Assembly: GCA_036504975.1 (NCBI GenBank)
Contig: DASXUF010000105.1
Coordinates: 67,728 to 131,727 of the forward strand
Length of the DNA: 64,000 nt
From: Candidatus Binatia bacterium
Lineage (GTDB): Bacteria > Desulfobacterota > Binatia > UBA9968
Reading direction: 5' to 3'
Shown: one piece after another, positions 48,210 to 57,696 of the stretch
Position numbering within the stretch: the first letter of the stretch is position 1
How the letters are laid out: every line of letters begins with the position of its first letter
Translations under genes and position numbers: made by a program
The notes under the pieces: model-generated
What the model was told of the DNA's origin: nothing
Databases searched by the model: none
Seen by the model: the letters and a program-made list of their open reading frames with translations, nothing else

Positions 48210-49043
48210 TTAGTGGAGACGCGCGGCGTTTTTTCTGAGGTTCTCGACCTGCCTGAGTATCTCGTCCGCGTCGGCTGCCTCGGGGGCGAGTCTGAGATAC
48301 GTCTCAAAGTCATCGATCGCTTGGGAAAAGTGTTCGAGCTTAAGATAGAGCAAGCCGCGGTCGCGGATCTCTTGGGGCGAAGTCGGATCGATGATCACCA
48401 GACGCTCGGCCGTGGAGAGGGCTTTGGGGAAATCTTCCCGGCGCAGATAGATCGCCTTCAAGTTGTTCAGCATCCGCTGGATAATGTCTCTAGTCGATAC
48501 CGGCGCGAGAAAATCAGGGTGGAAGGCGACCTTGCCGCCGTAGAGACGGTCGAGCATTCCTTGCAGCTCATCGGCCGTGCGAACTTCGCCGTTGTCGAAA
48601 GGGTCAATTACAATCTCGCCTTCGTCGCCGACGTACTTGACCAGAAAATGACCCGGGAAACCGATACCGTGCAGTTTTAGCTCGACCCTTCTGGCTACCT
48701 CCATATATAGGACGGAGAGCGTGATCGGTATGCCTTTCCGGCGCTCGATGACGTCGTTCAAAAAGCTATTTCTGGGATCGTAATAATCGTCCCGGTTGCC
48801 GCGATAGCCTTCTTGGGTAAAGAGGACCTGATTGAGGCAGGCGATCAGACGATAGGGGCTGTTTTCTCCAGCCGAGCGGTCGCGAGCCACAGCCGCAAGC
48901 TGATCCATCCGCGAGAGATACGTCTCGATCCGCAGGTCCGGATAGGTTTCCTGAGCGATGGCCAGAGCCGCGCGCCCGAGGTCGATCTTGTCGTCCGGAA
49001 GCGCAACGGCCGCGCGAAAATTCCTGTGGCGATCGTCCGCCAT
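48210..49043 (-). CDS. SirB1/YchA-like transglutaminase-like + TPR protein
   Basis: GIPITLSVLYMEVARRVELKLHGIGFPGHFLVKY resembles SirB1-family core; 277 aa. Confidence 0.6.
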   Translation of the reverse strand: MADDRHRNFRAAVALPDDKIDLGRAALAIAQETYPDLRIETYLSRMDQLAAVARDRSAGENSPYRLIACLNQVLFTQEGYRGNRDDYYDPRNSFLNDVIERRKGIPITLSVLYMEVARRVELKLHGIGFPGHFLVKYVGDEGEIVIDPFDNGEVRTADELQGMLDRLYGGKVAFHPDFLAPVSTRDIIQRMLNNLKAIYLRREDFPKALSTAERLVIIDPTSPQEIRDRGLLYLKLEHFSQAIDDFETYLRLAPEAADADEILRQVENLRKNAARLH

Positions 49044-49094
49044 TCAAATTTCCTCTCATTTAGCCGATCATTAACTAAAATTTTTCCGTTTACG

Positions 49095-49340
49095 TCATTT
49101 GGGATGAGATCGAATGTTGAGCAAGTAATAAATATCGCCCTCAATTCGAAAATAAAAACGCCAATCGCCGTTTACCCGAGCCTGCCAGATGTCTTGGGCC
49201 TCATCGTATTTCTTAGCACGAAGTGAGGGGTGGCGCATGTTTTGGAGCAAAAGAGCCGCTTGTTTTTGAAAGAGCTTTTGAATATGCGGTGGGGCTTTGG
49301 CATAACTCCGTAAGAACTGCGGAGCGTAGTCGAGACGCAT
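49095..49340 (-). CDS. ParE/RelE-family toxin (type II TA)
   Basis: 81 aa; ...WQARVNGDWRFYFRIEGDIYYLLNIRSHPK matches the RelE/ParE C-terminal fold motif; ATGA overlap with the upstream antitoxin. Confidence 0.7.
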   Translation of the reverse strand: MRLDYAPQFLRSYAKAPPHIQKLFQKQAALLLQNMRHPSLRAKKYDEAQDIWQARVNGDWRFYFRIEGDIYYLLNIRSHPK

Positions 49341-49609
49341 TAGGCGGATTTCTTTTTGAGTTTCCTGACCTCTCGATGTAACGATCGAACCAAGGACTTA
49401 GCGGAGTTAAAGGGGCCGTAGGTTTTCCCCTCCTTGACCTCCTTGACGGCCTGGGCCAGCTCTCGATCAAGCATAGCCTTTGGCGCAAGAGTAATTTTTT
49501 TTCCCTCTACTGTCGCCTCTAGCAGATCTCCCACAGCCACCTCCGCCTTCTTCCGTATTTCAGCGGGCAGGGTTACTTGGTATTTCTCTTTGACTTTTAC
49601 CAACGCCAC
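49340..49609 (-). CDS. AbrB/MazE/SpoVT-type (swapped-hairpin) antitoxin
   Basis: MALVKVKEKYQVTLPAEIRKKAEVAVGDLLEATVEGKKITLAP. Confidence 0.7.
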   Translation of the reverse strand: MALVKVKEKYQVTLPAEIRKKAEVAVGDLLEATVEGKKITLAPKAMLDRELAQAVKEVKEGKTYGPFNSAKSLVRSLHREVRKLKKKSA

Positions 49610-49702
49610 CGTGATTCCTCCATAATTACAAAGGAAGAAGTTTGCTTGACTTAGTATATGGTTAATCCAAGGCTTGTCAAATGGCTTACAACGGGCCCTC
49701 GG

Positions 49703-49876
49703 TCACTGATCTGCTGCAAGGCGCTGCAGAGTGGCAAGGCTGATCCGTTCCCCACGAGACAGCGTCTCAGAGATCTTTCTGCCCTCGCGTACGACAGCGT
49801 AAATGATGATGCCGTGAATAATGGCCGCGCCAACCAGAAAAAGGGTGTTAACCCAGACGAGTGTCAGCATTTCCAT
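49703..49876 (-). CDS. Small membrane protein (57 aa, one TM)
   Basis: RBS GGAAGGAG then ATG; MEMLTLVWVNTLFLVGAAIIHGIIIYAVV... Confidence 0.4.
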   Translation of the reverse strand: MEMLTLVWVNTLFLVGAAIIHGIIIYAVVREGRKISETLSRGERISLATLQRLAADQ

Positions 49877-49993
49877 ATTAGCTCCTTCCCCATTCACTCA
49901 CCCCTACTTCCAGCCGGCTAGGTGGCTTGGTCAGTGAAAAATATATCAAGCTTGCCGCACTCTTACAAAGTCAGCGCAAAACAAATCAATTTC

Positions 49994-51772
49994 TCAGCGC
50001 GGCTCGGCGATCACGTCAACCAGCGCCGGGAGTTTTTTCTCCTTGACAAATTTCAGGGCGCGCTCGATCGCCGGGCGAACGTCGGCCGGGTTCGCGATCG
50101 GCCCCTCGGCGTGGACGCCGAAGCCCTCGGCGATTTTTGCGAAATCCACCGCCGGATCGTCGACGTGCGTGCCGATGCCGGCGTTTTCGACCGGCCGCTT
50201 GCGGAACTTGGCGACCTCGATACCGTGCTCTTCCGAATTGTAGAAGGACTGGTTGTTGTGCATGACGATGAGCAGTGGAATTTTGTGCTTGGCCGCCGTC
50301 CAGAGCGAGCTCGAAGTCATCAACAGGTCGCCGTCCGCTTGGATGTCAATCGATAGTTTGCCGCTGTCTTTCAGTGCCAAGGCCGCGCCGATCGCAGCGC
50401 CCGAGCCGTAGCCCACGCCCGCCCCACCGCTGGCGCCGAGATATTGATTGGGCTTGGTGAAGTCCCACAGGCGCCGCGCCCAACCGTTGGACGTGCCGTT
50501 CACCAAAACCCAGTCCTCTTTCTTGATCGCTTCGCCGAGCTCGAGCGCCAGCCACGCCGTCGAAACCTGCTTCAACGAGCTTTTGGCTTCGGCGTCGGCG
50601 CGCCACTTGGCGCGGCGCGTTTTATGCTTTTCTCCCAGCTCTTTTTGCCTGGCTTCGATGCGCCCTTTGTTTTTGCCGTCGCTGCCGAGAAGCTCGCGGC
50701 AGAGGCGCGTCAATTCCGGCACGGCCACCGAGGTGTCGGCGCACATCGGGAGATCCAGCGCCTGCAGCGCGTGATAGTCGCCGGCCCAGGAGTGCACGAG
50801 CATGTCGTTCATCGAGATGCTTACGAGCTTGACGCCGGGCGAAGTGACGTACTCGCACGCCCGGGTTTGTTTGCTGACCGTCGTCAGCGAGCCGTAAAGA
50901 TCCGCCACGTCGAGCGCCAGGATCACATCGGCGTTTTTCAACAACTCCCGCGCGCCGTCGGTCGCGTCCAAGGGATGGGTCGTGGGGAAGTTAAAACGCG
51001 CGCCCTTGTCGACGACCGGAATCGCCAGAAGCTCCGCCAGAGCGACCAGGGCGGGAACCGTCTTCGGGTTGCGGCCGAGCGTGTCGGCGATGATGAGCGG
51101 CGCTTGCGCGTTCACCAGCAACTCGGCCGCTTTGCGTAGCGCTTCCGGATTCGCCTGCATCGGCGCCAGCGGCGCATAGCGCCTGACGTCGGGGATCTCG
51201 AGCTGAGACGTGAGCGCGTCTTCCTGGATGTCGGCATCGTAGTTGATATAGACCGGCGCCATCGGCTCCGTGGTGGCGAGGCGGTAGCCGCGGATGAAAG
51301 AATCCGGCACGTCGGCCAGGGAATACGGCTGGTCGTCCCATTTCACGTAGTCCCGCACCTGGTTGCCCTGCACGAGAGCGGTATGGATCCAATCGATCCG
51401 CGGCCGCCGCCGCTTGGTGTTCATCGGGCCAGTGCCGCCGAGAACCATCACGGGAACCCGGTCGATGTAGGCGTTGAAAATCGCCATGCTCGCGTGCTGC
51501 AGGCCGACCATGTCGTGCGCGATGGCGATCATCGGCTTGCCCTTGGCCTTGGCGTAGCCGTGAGCGACCGCCACCGAAATCTCCTCGTGATTGCAGAAGA
51601 TCACTTCGGGCATGTAGTTGCCGCCGTAGTTGACGATCGAATCGTGAATGCCGCGAAACGTCGCGCCCGGGTTGAAGGCCGCGTACTCGATATCGAAGGC
51701 CTTCATCAAATCGACGATCACGTCGGAGCCGTACTCCGCTCTCTTCTTTTCCACCGGTGCCGCTCTAGCCAC
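49994..51772 (-). CDS. Thiamine-diphosphate-dependent enzyme, acetolactate synthase large-subunit / sulfoacetaldehyde acetyltransferase-like
   Basis: 592 aa with Pyr, central and PP domains (GDG...N TPP motif region ...GSGAAIGAALA...); its 3' end is duplicated at 47379-47597. Confidence 0.75.
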   Translation of the reverse strand: MARAAPVEKKRAEYGSDVIVDLMKAFDIEYAAFNPGATFRGIHDSIVNYGGNYMPEVIFCNHEEISVAVAHGYAKAKGKPMIAIAHDMVGLQHASMAIFNAYIDRVPVMVLGGTGPMNTKRRRPRIDWIHTALVQGNQVRDYVKWDDQPYSLADVPDSFIRGYRLATTEPMAPVYINYDADIQEDALTSQLEIPDVRRYAPLAPMQANPEALRKAAELLVNAQAPLIIADTLGRNPKTVPALVALAELLAIPVVDKGARFNFPTTHPLDATDGARELLKNADVILALDVADLYGSLTTVSKQTRACEYVTSPGVKLVSISMNDMLVHSWAGDYHALQALDLPMCADTSVAVPELTRLCRELLGSDGKNKGRIEARQKELGEKHKTRRAKWRADAEAKSSLKQVSTAWLALELGEAIKKEDWVLVNGTSNGWARRLWDFTKPNQYLGASGGAGVGYGSGAAIGAALALKDSGKLSIDIQADGDLLMTSSSLWTAAKHKIPLLIVMHNNQSFYNSEEHGIEVAKFRKRPVENAGIGTHVDDPAVDFAKIAEGFGVHAEGPIANPADVRPAIERALKFVKEKKLPALVDVIAEPR

Positions 51773-51837
51773 TGTTGAAATCCCCTTTCTGAATCGCAGT
51801 TATTTCTGGAAAGTTCTTTCTCGTCCGACCGTCTTTT

Positions 51838-51882
51838 CCCTCACCCTTCCCTCTCCCGGAGGGAGGTTAGAGTGAGGGTAGG
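51838..51882. repeat. GC-rich hairpin element CCCTCACCCTTCCCTCTCCCGGAGGGAGGTTAGAGTGAGGGTAGG (same family as 7599-7681)
   Basis: Shares the CCCTCACCCTTC(A)CCCTCTCCC core. Confidence 0.55.
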
Positions 51883-51920
51883 ACGCGTGAGTAGAAGAGT
51901 TGAACCGTACTGACGCTTTT

Positions 51921-52817
51921 TTAATCTCGTTTCTGCAACAACCCCCGCTGGTAAAACAATTCCAGCGTCTCCAGCAGATCGCCTTCCCTGCCGCCGGTAT
52001 CCGAGGGCCGGCCGCAATCCAGCGCGGCGATCTGCTCGAGGATTTTTGCCGTCGCGGGGGCGATCACGGCTTCCAATCCGTGATATCGGAAAGTCTGGCG
52101 CAGCTCGCGCATCTCCTCGGCGCGCCGGCCCGCGTGAATCGGCAACGCGGCGATGCTCCCGCCGACCTTGCCGACCAGGCCGGGAAAACTCTCTTCGTAG
52201 CGGCGCATGATTTCCTGCAATAGATCAAACTTCCTGGCGCCGAGCAACAGCTCCGTGAGAAGTCCCTGCAGGCCTTTCGTCAGCCCGGCGTAGACGATCT
52301 TAAAGGCTGAGGCTTGGCCGATTTTTGCGCCGAGCACTTCTATTTTCAGGCCGCACTCCCCGAGTCCGCGCAGCTCTTCGGCCCCGGGGCCGGAGACGTA
52401 GACCGAGGCGCGCGCCAGCTTGGTCGCCGAGCCGATGATGCAGCCGTCGACAAAGGCCGTCTGCGCCGGCGCGAGCGCCTCTGCGACGGCGGCGGCCGTC
52501 ATCGGAGAGATCGCGTTGGCGTCGAGATAGAGACAATCCTTCCTTCCGACCTTTGCCAGCGCCTTGCCGACCTGCGCGGCGATCTTCCGCGCCGCGGAGG
52601 GAACGACGATGGAAACAATGAGATCGGCATCCGAGACCAGCCGCCGAAGCGGCACCGACTCGACGCCGGCGTTCTCCGCCCGTTTTTGCGTGATCTCGCT
52701 CCGGCCTCGAGACGAAGTCAGCACCTCGAGTCCATGTTCCTTCAAAAGCTTGGCCCAGTGATAGCCCATCTCGCCGATGCTCAGGATGCCGATTTTTTGA
52801 AACGCCGCCACCTTCAT
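51921..52817 (-). CDS. NAD(P)-binding oxidoreductase (HIBADH/6PGDH-like Rossmann + DUF1932-like C-terminus)
   Basis: GILSIGEMGYHWAKLL dinucleotide-binding start. Confidence 0.5.
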   Translation of the reverse strand: MKVAAFQKIGILSIGEMGYHWAKLLKEHGLEVLTSSRGRSEITQKRAENAGVESVPLRRLVSDADLIVSIVVPSAARKIAAQVGKALAKVGRKDCLYLDANAISPMTAAAVAEALAPAQTAFVDGCIIGSATKLARASVYVSGPGAEELRGLGECGLKIEVLGAKIGQASAFKIVYAGLTKGLQGLLTELLLGARKFDLLQEIMRRYEESFPGLVGKVGGSIAALPIHAGRRAEEMRELRQTFRYHGLEAVIAPATAKILEQIAALDCGRPSDTGGREGDLLETLELFYQRGLLQKRD

Positions 52818-53941
52818 TCTCCTTTTTTCGGGCCGTTGATAACGTCGATCATCTGCCTGAGGCGCCCGAAGTTGCGTCGGTTAAACGGCACCAGGAGACG
52901 ATTGAGCGCCAAAGTAGCCGGCGGCTCATCCGCTTCTTCGGGCAGTGGGCCGGCCGCGCGAATCTCGCCGCCGGTCAGGATGTCGCGGAAATCACGATTC
53001 AACTTCGCGAGAAGCGAGGGCGTGGGAGAATGAATCAAACGTATCACCGTATCTCGCTTCACGTAGCGGAGCGACTGGTAATTCGAGTAAAAATGCTGGA
53101 TCTCCTTCACCGCTGCCTCCACGTCTTCGACGATCTTGAAAAGAGACAGGTCCTCCTCGCAAATGTAGCCGGCGTCCAGCATGCGCCGGCCGACGAAGTC
53201 TTCCCATTCTCTCCAGTAACCCCGGCCCGGCAGATCGATCATGAGAATCGGCATAATCTGACTTTTCCCCGTCTGCGCCAAGGTCAGCACCTCCGCCGCC
53301 TCGTCGTGCGTGCCGAATCCTCCGGGAAAAAAAACGAAGGCATCCGCTTCTTTAACAAAGACGAGCTTGCGGGTAAAGAAAAAATGAAAGGCGATGAGCT
53401 TGGGATCGCCGCTGATAAACCGGTTGGTCTCCTGCTCGAACGGCAGGTGGATATTGACGCCGAAGCTCTGCTCCCTGCCCGCGCCTTCATTGCCGGCTTG
53501 CATGATGCCGCCGCCGCTCCCCGTAATCACCATGAAGCCTTCTTCGGCCAGCCGGCGCGCCAAGGCTGCCGCCATCTGATAATGCGGGTCTTCTTCCGTA
53601 ACGCGCGCCGAGCCGAAAATGCTCACCTTGCGCACCGAGCGGTGCGGCGCGAAAAGCTTGAAAGCCAGGCGCAGCTCCTTGAGGGTCCGGTTGAAAACCT
53701 TGAGATCGCCGCGGCTGGCGGGACTCTGATCGAGTCTCAGGATCGTTTGCAGCATCTCGGCTACGAGCTCCTCGTTCGGGGAGCCCTCGCTTTGTCGAAG
53801 CCACTCCAGGACCTTGGGCTCGAGCGCGGCTAAGTTCACCCGCTCCCGCCTTCTAGATCGCGGCTTAACTTTTTTTCCGGAATCGTTCTCGACCTTGCTG
53901 CTCATCGTGAAACCATACAGGATCGACGGACCTGAGATCAA
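52814..53941 (-). CDS. LOG-family protein with N- and C-terminal extensions (PpnN-like nucleotide 5'-monophosphate nucleosidase)
   Basis: LOG motifs VSIFGSAR..., PGGFGTHDE. Confidence 0.65.
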   Translation of the reverse strand: MISGPSILYGFTMSSKVENDSGKKVKPRSRRRERVNLAALEPKVLEWLRQSEGSPNEELVAEMLQTILRLDQSPASRGDLKVFNRTLKELRLAFKLFAPHRSVRKVSIFGSARVTEEDPHYQMAAALARRLAEEGFMVITGSGGGIMQAGNEGAGREQSFGVNIHLPFEQETNRFISGDPKLIAFHFFFTRKLVFVKEADAFVFFPGGFGTHDEAAEVLTLAQTGKSQIMPILMIDLPGRGYWREWEDFVGRRMLDAGYICEEDLSLFKIVEDVEAAVKEIQHFYSNYQSLRYVKRDTVIRLIHSPTPSLLAKLNRDFRDILTGGEIRAAGPLPEEADEPPATLALNRLLVPFNRRNFGRLRQMIDVINGPKKGE

Positions 53942-55054
53942 TCAGCCTTTCAGCGCCAGGACGACCGGCGACTGGGCGCCGATATCTAAAGCTTGAATAT
54001 CCGTAAAGCCGGCGCGCGACAACCATTGCCGATACTCGGAAAAGGTAAAGGTATCTCCCTCGTCGGTCCCGAGCAGAGCGTTCAAGGCCAGCAACAACGG
54101 CATCAGCTCGGTTTTTCTCTCTTCATCGGCAATGTAGTCCATGATCAGGAGCCTGCCGTTTTCCTTCAAAGCCCGGAAACATTTGTCGATAAGCCGCCGG
54201 CTCCATTCCGCTCCTTCGGAATGGCAAATGTGACCGAGCAGCGCCAGATCGTATGCTTCCGTTCCGAAGTCGGTTCTTCTGATGTCGCCGGGGATGAATG
54301 AATACCGGTTCTGGACGCCAAAGTCGCACGCGAACTTCTTCGCAACCTCCAAGACGGGCGGAAAATCTACGGCCGTAACTTCCACCTGTTCGGATTGAAG
54401 CGCGAACGGAAGCGACCACACGGCCGAGCCCGCAGCCACGTCCAGTAATTTGATTTTTTGCCCCTCCAAAGGAAACGTTTTCTCGCAAAGCGCGGCCAGC
54501 TTCCAGGCCGAGTCTTTATGAACGTGGAACAACGCCTCTACGATGTCGAGATTCAGCCGCTCCCGTTCTGGTTCCGGGAGAAGCGGCAGCGCCGGCGCAC
54601 CGGCCTCGACCGCGCCCGGCAATTTGAGCCACAGCTTCAACAGCTGATCCGAGCAAATGAACAGCGAGCCCAGATAATTCTTGCCGGAGGAGAGGAAGTA
54701 GACGCGGGAAAGATCCGTCAGGCCGTACCGGCCGTTTTGTTTTTCTACCAGGCCCATGCCAGCCATACAGTTGAGCAGCATCCTGACTCCTCTTGGCGAG
54801 CACCCGATGGCCGACGCCAAATCATCCGCGTTCCTAGCAGCGTCGCCAACCGCCTCGAAAACGCCCAGCTTCAACGCCGTGAATAGCACCGCCTGCGGCG
54901 CAAAATAAAAACCCAGCTCATCCAGAGTCCCTCTCGCCAACGTATCGGCAATCGCGATCATGGCTTTTCTCCTTTCAGGAGCGAGCACAGGGGGCGAGTT
55001 GCTGCGGCCGATCACGTTGAGATAAGTTGTCTCTGCCGCTGTATCACCGCCCAC
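53942..55054 (-). CDS. Class I SAM-dependent O-methyltransferase (dimerisation domain + OMT domain)
   Basis: LLDVAAGSAVWS (motif I), LLIMDYI region; ~370 aa plant/bacterial OMT architecture. Confidence 0.65.
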   Translation of the reverse strand: MGGDTAAETTYLNVIGRSNSPPVLAPERRKAMIAIADTLARGTLDELGFYFAPQAVLFTALKLGVFEAVGDAARNADDLASAIGCSPRGVRMLLNCMAGMGLVEKQNGRYGLTDLSRVYFLSSGKNYLGSLFICSDQLLKLWLKLPGAVEAGAPALPLLPEPERERLNLDIVEALFHVHKDSAWKLAALCEKTFPLEGQKIKLLDVAAGSAVWSLPFALQSEQVEVTAVDFPPVLEVAKKFACDFGVQNRYSFIPGDIRRTDFGTEAYDLALLGHICHSEGAEWSRRLIDKCFRALKENGRLLIMDYIADEERKTELMPLLLALNALLGTDEGDTFTFSEYRQWLSRAGFTDIQALDIGAQSPVVLALKG

Positions 55055-55079
55055 CCTAACGCGGAATGGAGGAAACCAG

Positions 55080-55709
55080 ATGAAATACTACGACATATCT
55101 CTCAACTTGTCAGCGGATACCGTCCGCTGGATCACCTCTATACCTTTCGAGCTGCATGAGCGCCGCCGCATTGCCCGGGGAGACTCCAGCAATTCGTCGG
55201 CGGTGACCATGAGCCTCCACTCCGGCACGCACATGGATGCGCCGTTTCATTTCGCCCCGGACGGAGCCACGATCGACAATTTGCCGTTGGATTTGTTCAT
55301 CGGTCCGGCCCTGGTGCATGAGGTTGAAACCGAGCGATACATCAAAGCCGAACACGTCAAAGCTATTGAGCTTGATGGAATTACCCGCGTCCTCTTCAAG
55401 ACATGCAATTCCGAACTTTTAAAGCGCGGCAGCTACGATCCCGATTTCGTCGCCTTTTCCGTTAAGGCGGCCGAAGCCTTGGTGGCAAAGGGAGCGAAGC
55501 TGGTGGGACTGGATTTCCTTTCAGTCGCGCACGCCGGAGACGAGCAAGTCATGGTGCACAGGGCATTTCTCGATCGCGGCGTGGCACTATTGGAAGGGAT
55601 CGACTTGTCCGCGGTTAGTCCCGGTCGCTACGAGCTGATTTGCTTTCCGATCAAAGTCCGCGGCGCCGACGGCGCGCCATGCCGGGCCGTACTACGGGAA
55701 GTCTCGTAA
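55080..55709 (+). CDS. Cyclase-family protein (kynurenine formamidase-like)
   Basis: HSGTHMDAPFHF metal-binding motif. Confidence 0.7.
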   Translation: MKYYDISLNLSADTVRWITSIPFELHERRRIARGDSSNSSAVTMSLHSGTHMDAPFHFAPDGATIDNLPLDLFIGPALVHEVETERYIKAEHVKAIELDGITRVLFKTCNSELLKRGSYDPDFVAFSVKAAEALVAKGAKLVGLDFLSVAHAGDEQVMVHRAFLDRGVALLEGIDLSAVSPGRYELICFPIKVRGADGAPCRAVLREVS

Positions 55710-55830
55710 TAAGAAGACCCGATATGACGATCGCCTACAGCGATTCCGGCTCACTTTTGTATCGGTTCCGACTCCACGGTATAATGCGACCATTGTCGCT
55801 AACAGGAGCATTCCTTAACGACCGATATTC

Positions 55831-57681
55831 ATGAACAAACCCGATACAGCTATGCCTTTCATTGCTCGAGTTCATGAGACAAGTCCTTTCCCCGCGCAAT
55901 TATCCATCCATGATGTACTTGAGGCCTGGGCCGAGCGAACCCCCGGTGTGATCGCTATCGCCGCTCCCGGCCGTGCTCCTCTCACTTATGGCCGTTTACG
56001 TGTTCACATCGACGATGTGGTTCAGACGCTTAAGACGATGGGTATACGCCGCGATGACCGGATTGCCATCGTGCTTCCCAACGGCCCTGAAATGGCCGTC
56101 GCCTTTCTCTCAGTCGCCGCATACGCAACTGCGGCGCCGCTAAATCCTGCCTTAAGAGAAAAGGAATTTGACTTTTATCTTTCCGATCTCGGGGCCAAGG
56201 CGTTGATGGTTCATTCGGAAATGGACACTCCGGCTCGATCCATAGCCGAGGCGCGCGGCATTCCCGTCTTTGAGCTCTCTCCGGTGCCGACCTCAGAGGC
56301 GGGAATCTTTACGCTCAGCGGCCAAGAGAACTCGACTCCAGAGGGCGCCGATTGGCCGGCGCCCGAACACGTAGCGTTGGTGCTGCACACTTCAGGGACG
56401 ACTTCCCGCCCCAAGATGGTCCCGTTGACGCAGAAAAACCTGTGCGCTTCGGCTTATCACATTGCGTCCACGCTGAATCTGAGATCCGAAGATCGTTGTC
56501 TTAACGTCATGCCGCTTTTTCATATTCATGGGATTGTGGGAGCCGTTTTTTCGTCTCTGATGGCCGGGTCGAGCGTGGTGTGCGCCCCAGGCTTCGACCT
56601 GGAGAAGTTTTTCGCATGGCTGGAAGAGTCTCGGCCAACCTGGTACACGGCCGTGCCCGCCATTCATCAAGCGATCCTATCGCGAGCCGAAGATCACCTG
56701 GCAACGGTTCGGCGGAGCAACTTACGGTTTATTCGCTCGTCGTCGGCTGCGCTTCCGGTAAAGTTGATGAAAGAATTGGAAGCGCGATTCGGAGTACCCG
56801 TCATCGAAGCCTACGGAATGACCGAAGCGGCTCATCAAATTGCGAGCAATCCGCTGCCGCCGGGCAAGTGCAAGCCCGGCTCCGTAGGCGTGGCGGCCGG
56901 TCCGGAAGTCGCAGTCATGCACGAAGCAGGAGGATTGCTCGCACCGGGAGAGCGCGGTGAAATCGTTTTGCGCGGCCCCAACGTCACTCACGGGTACGAC
57001 GATAGCGGCGGCGCCACCGCCGAGGCGTTCACCAACGGCTGGTTTCGAACCGGGGATCAGGGATACATGGACGAAGAGGGCTATCTTTTTATCACGGGCC
57101 GCCTCAAAGAAATGATCAACAAGGGGGGGAAAAAGATTTCCCCGAAAGAAGTCGACGATGTTTTGCTGAACCATCCCGGAATCGTCCGGGCGGCGGTGTT
57201 CGCCGTGCCGCATCCGACTCTGGGGGAAGATGTCGCCGCAGCGGTGGTCGTGCGAGATAAGACGCAGACCACGGAAGCCGCAATCCGGGAATATCTTTCC
57301 GGTCGTTTGGCCGAATTCAAAATCCCCAGCCGGGTTTTGATACTTGATGACATACCCGAAAGCGGGCCGGGTAAAATACGGCGAATCGGGTTGGCCGAGG
57401 CACTCATGCCGCAGCCTGCCGGCCAGTTCGTTGCGCCCAAGGACGATCTGGAGGCGGCGGTGGCGAAAATCTATGCGGTCGTGCTCGGCGCTGAAGCGGT
57501 CGGCGCCAGCGACAATTTTTTTGCGTTGGGCGGCGATTCCCTGAGGGCGACCCAGGTTCTGTCGCGCATTCGAGCGACTTTCGGCGTAAACTTGTCGATC
57601 GCGACGATTTTCCGGAAAGCGACGGTTGAGGATTTGGCGCACGAGATCCGTCGGGCGATGGATGCAACGGAGCAAAAATAA
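55831..57681 (+). CDS. Stand-alone adenylation-carrier didomain (acyl-activating enzyme + C-terminal PCP), A domain resembling oxalate-CoA ligase (AAE3/Pcs60-type)
   Basis: HTSGTTSRPKMVPLTQKNL, GYGMTEA, GWFRTGD, GRLKEMINKGGKKISPKEVD; carrier motif FFALGGDSLRATQ. Confidence 0.75.
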   Translation: MNKPDTAMPFIARVHETSPFPAQLSIHDVLEAWAERTPGVIAIAAPGRAPLTYGRLRVHIDDVVQTLKTMGIRRDDRIAIVLPNGPEMAVAFLSVAAYATAAPLNPALREKEFDFYLSDLGAKALMVHSEMDTPARSIAEARGIPVFELSPVPTSEAGIFTLSGQENSTPEGADWPAPEHVALVLHTSGTTSRPKMVPLTQKNLCASAYHIASTLNLRSEDRCLNVMPLFHIHGIVGAVFSSLMAGSSVVCAPGFDLEKFFAWLEESRPTWYTAVPAIHQAILSRAEDHLATVRRSNLRFIRSSSAALPVKLMKELEARFGVPVIEAYGMTEAAHQIASNPLPPGKCKPGSVGVAAGPEVAVMHEAGGLLAPGERGEIVLRGPNVTHGYDDSGGATAEAFTNGWFRTGDQGYMDEEGYLFITGRLKEMINKGGKKISPKEVDDVLLNHPGIVRAAVFAVPHPTLGEDVAAAVVVRDKTQTTEAAIREYLSGRLAEFKIPSRVLILDDIPESGPGKIRRIGLAEALMPQPAGQFVAPKDDLEAAVAKIYAVVLGAEAVGASDNFFALGGDSLRATQVLSRIRATFGVNLSIATIFRKATVEDLAHEIRRAMDATEQK

Positions 57682-57696
57682 CCGGAGCGTCGGACC

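Noticed and set aside
44421-49897. Integron cassette array (TA cassettes separated by attC sites)
   Set aside because: No intI and no recognisable R''/R' (RYYYAAC/GTTRRRY) cores around the repeats. Kept only as a remote possibility under the repeat finding.
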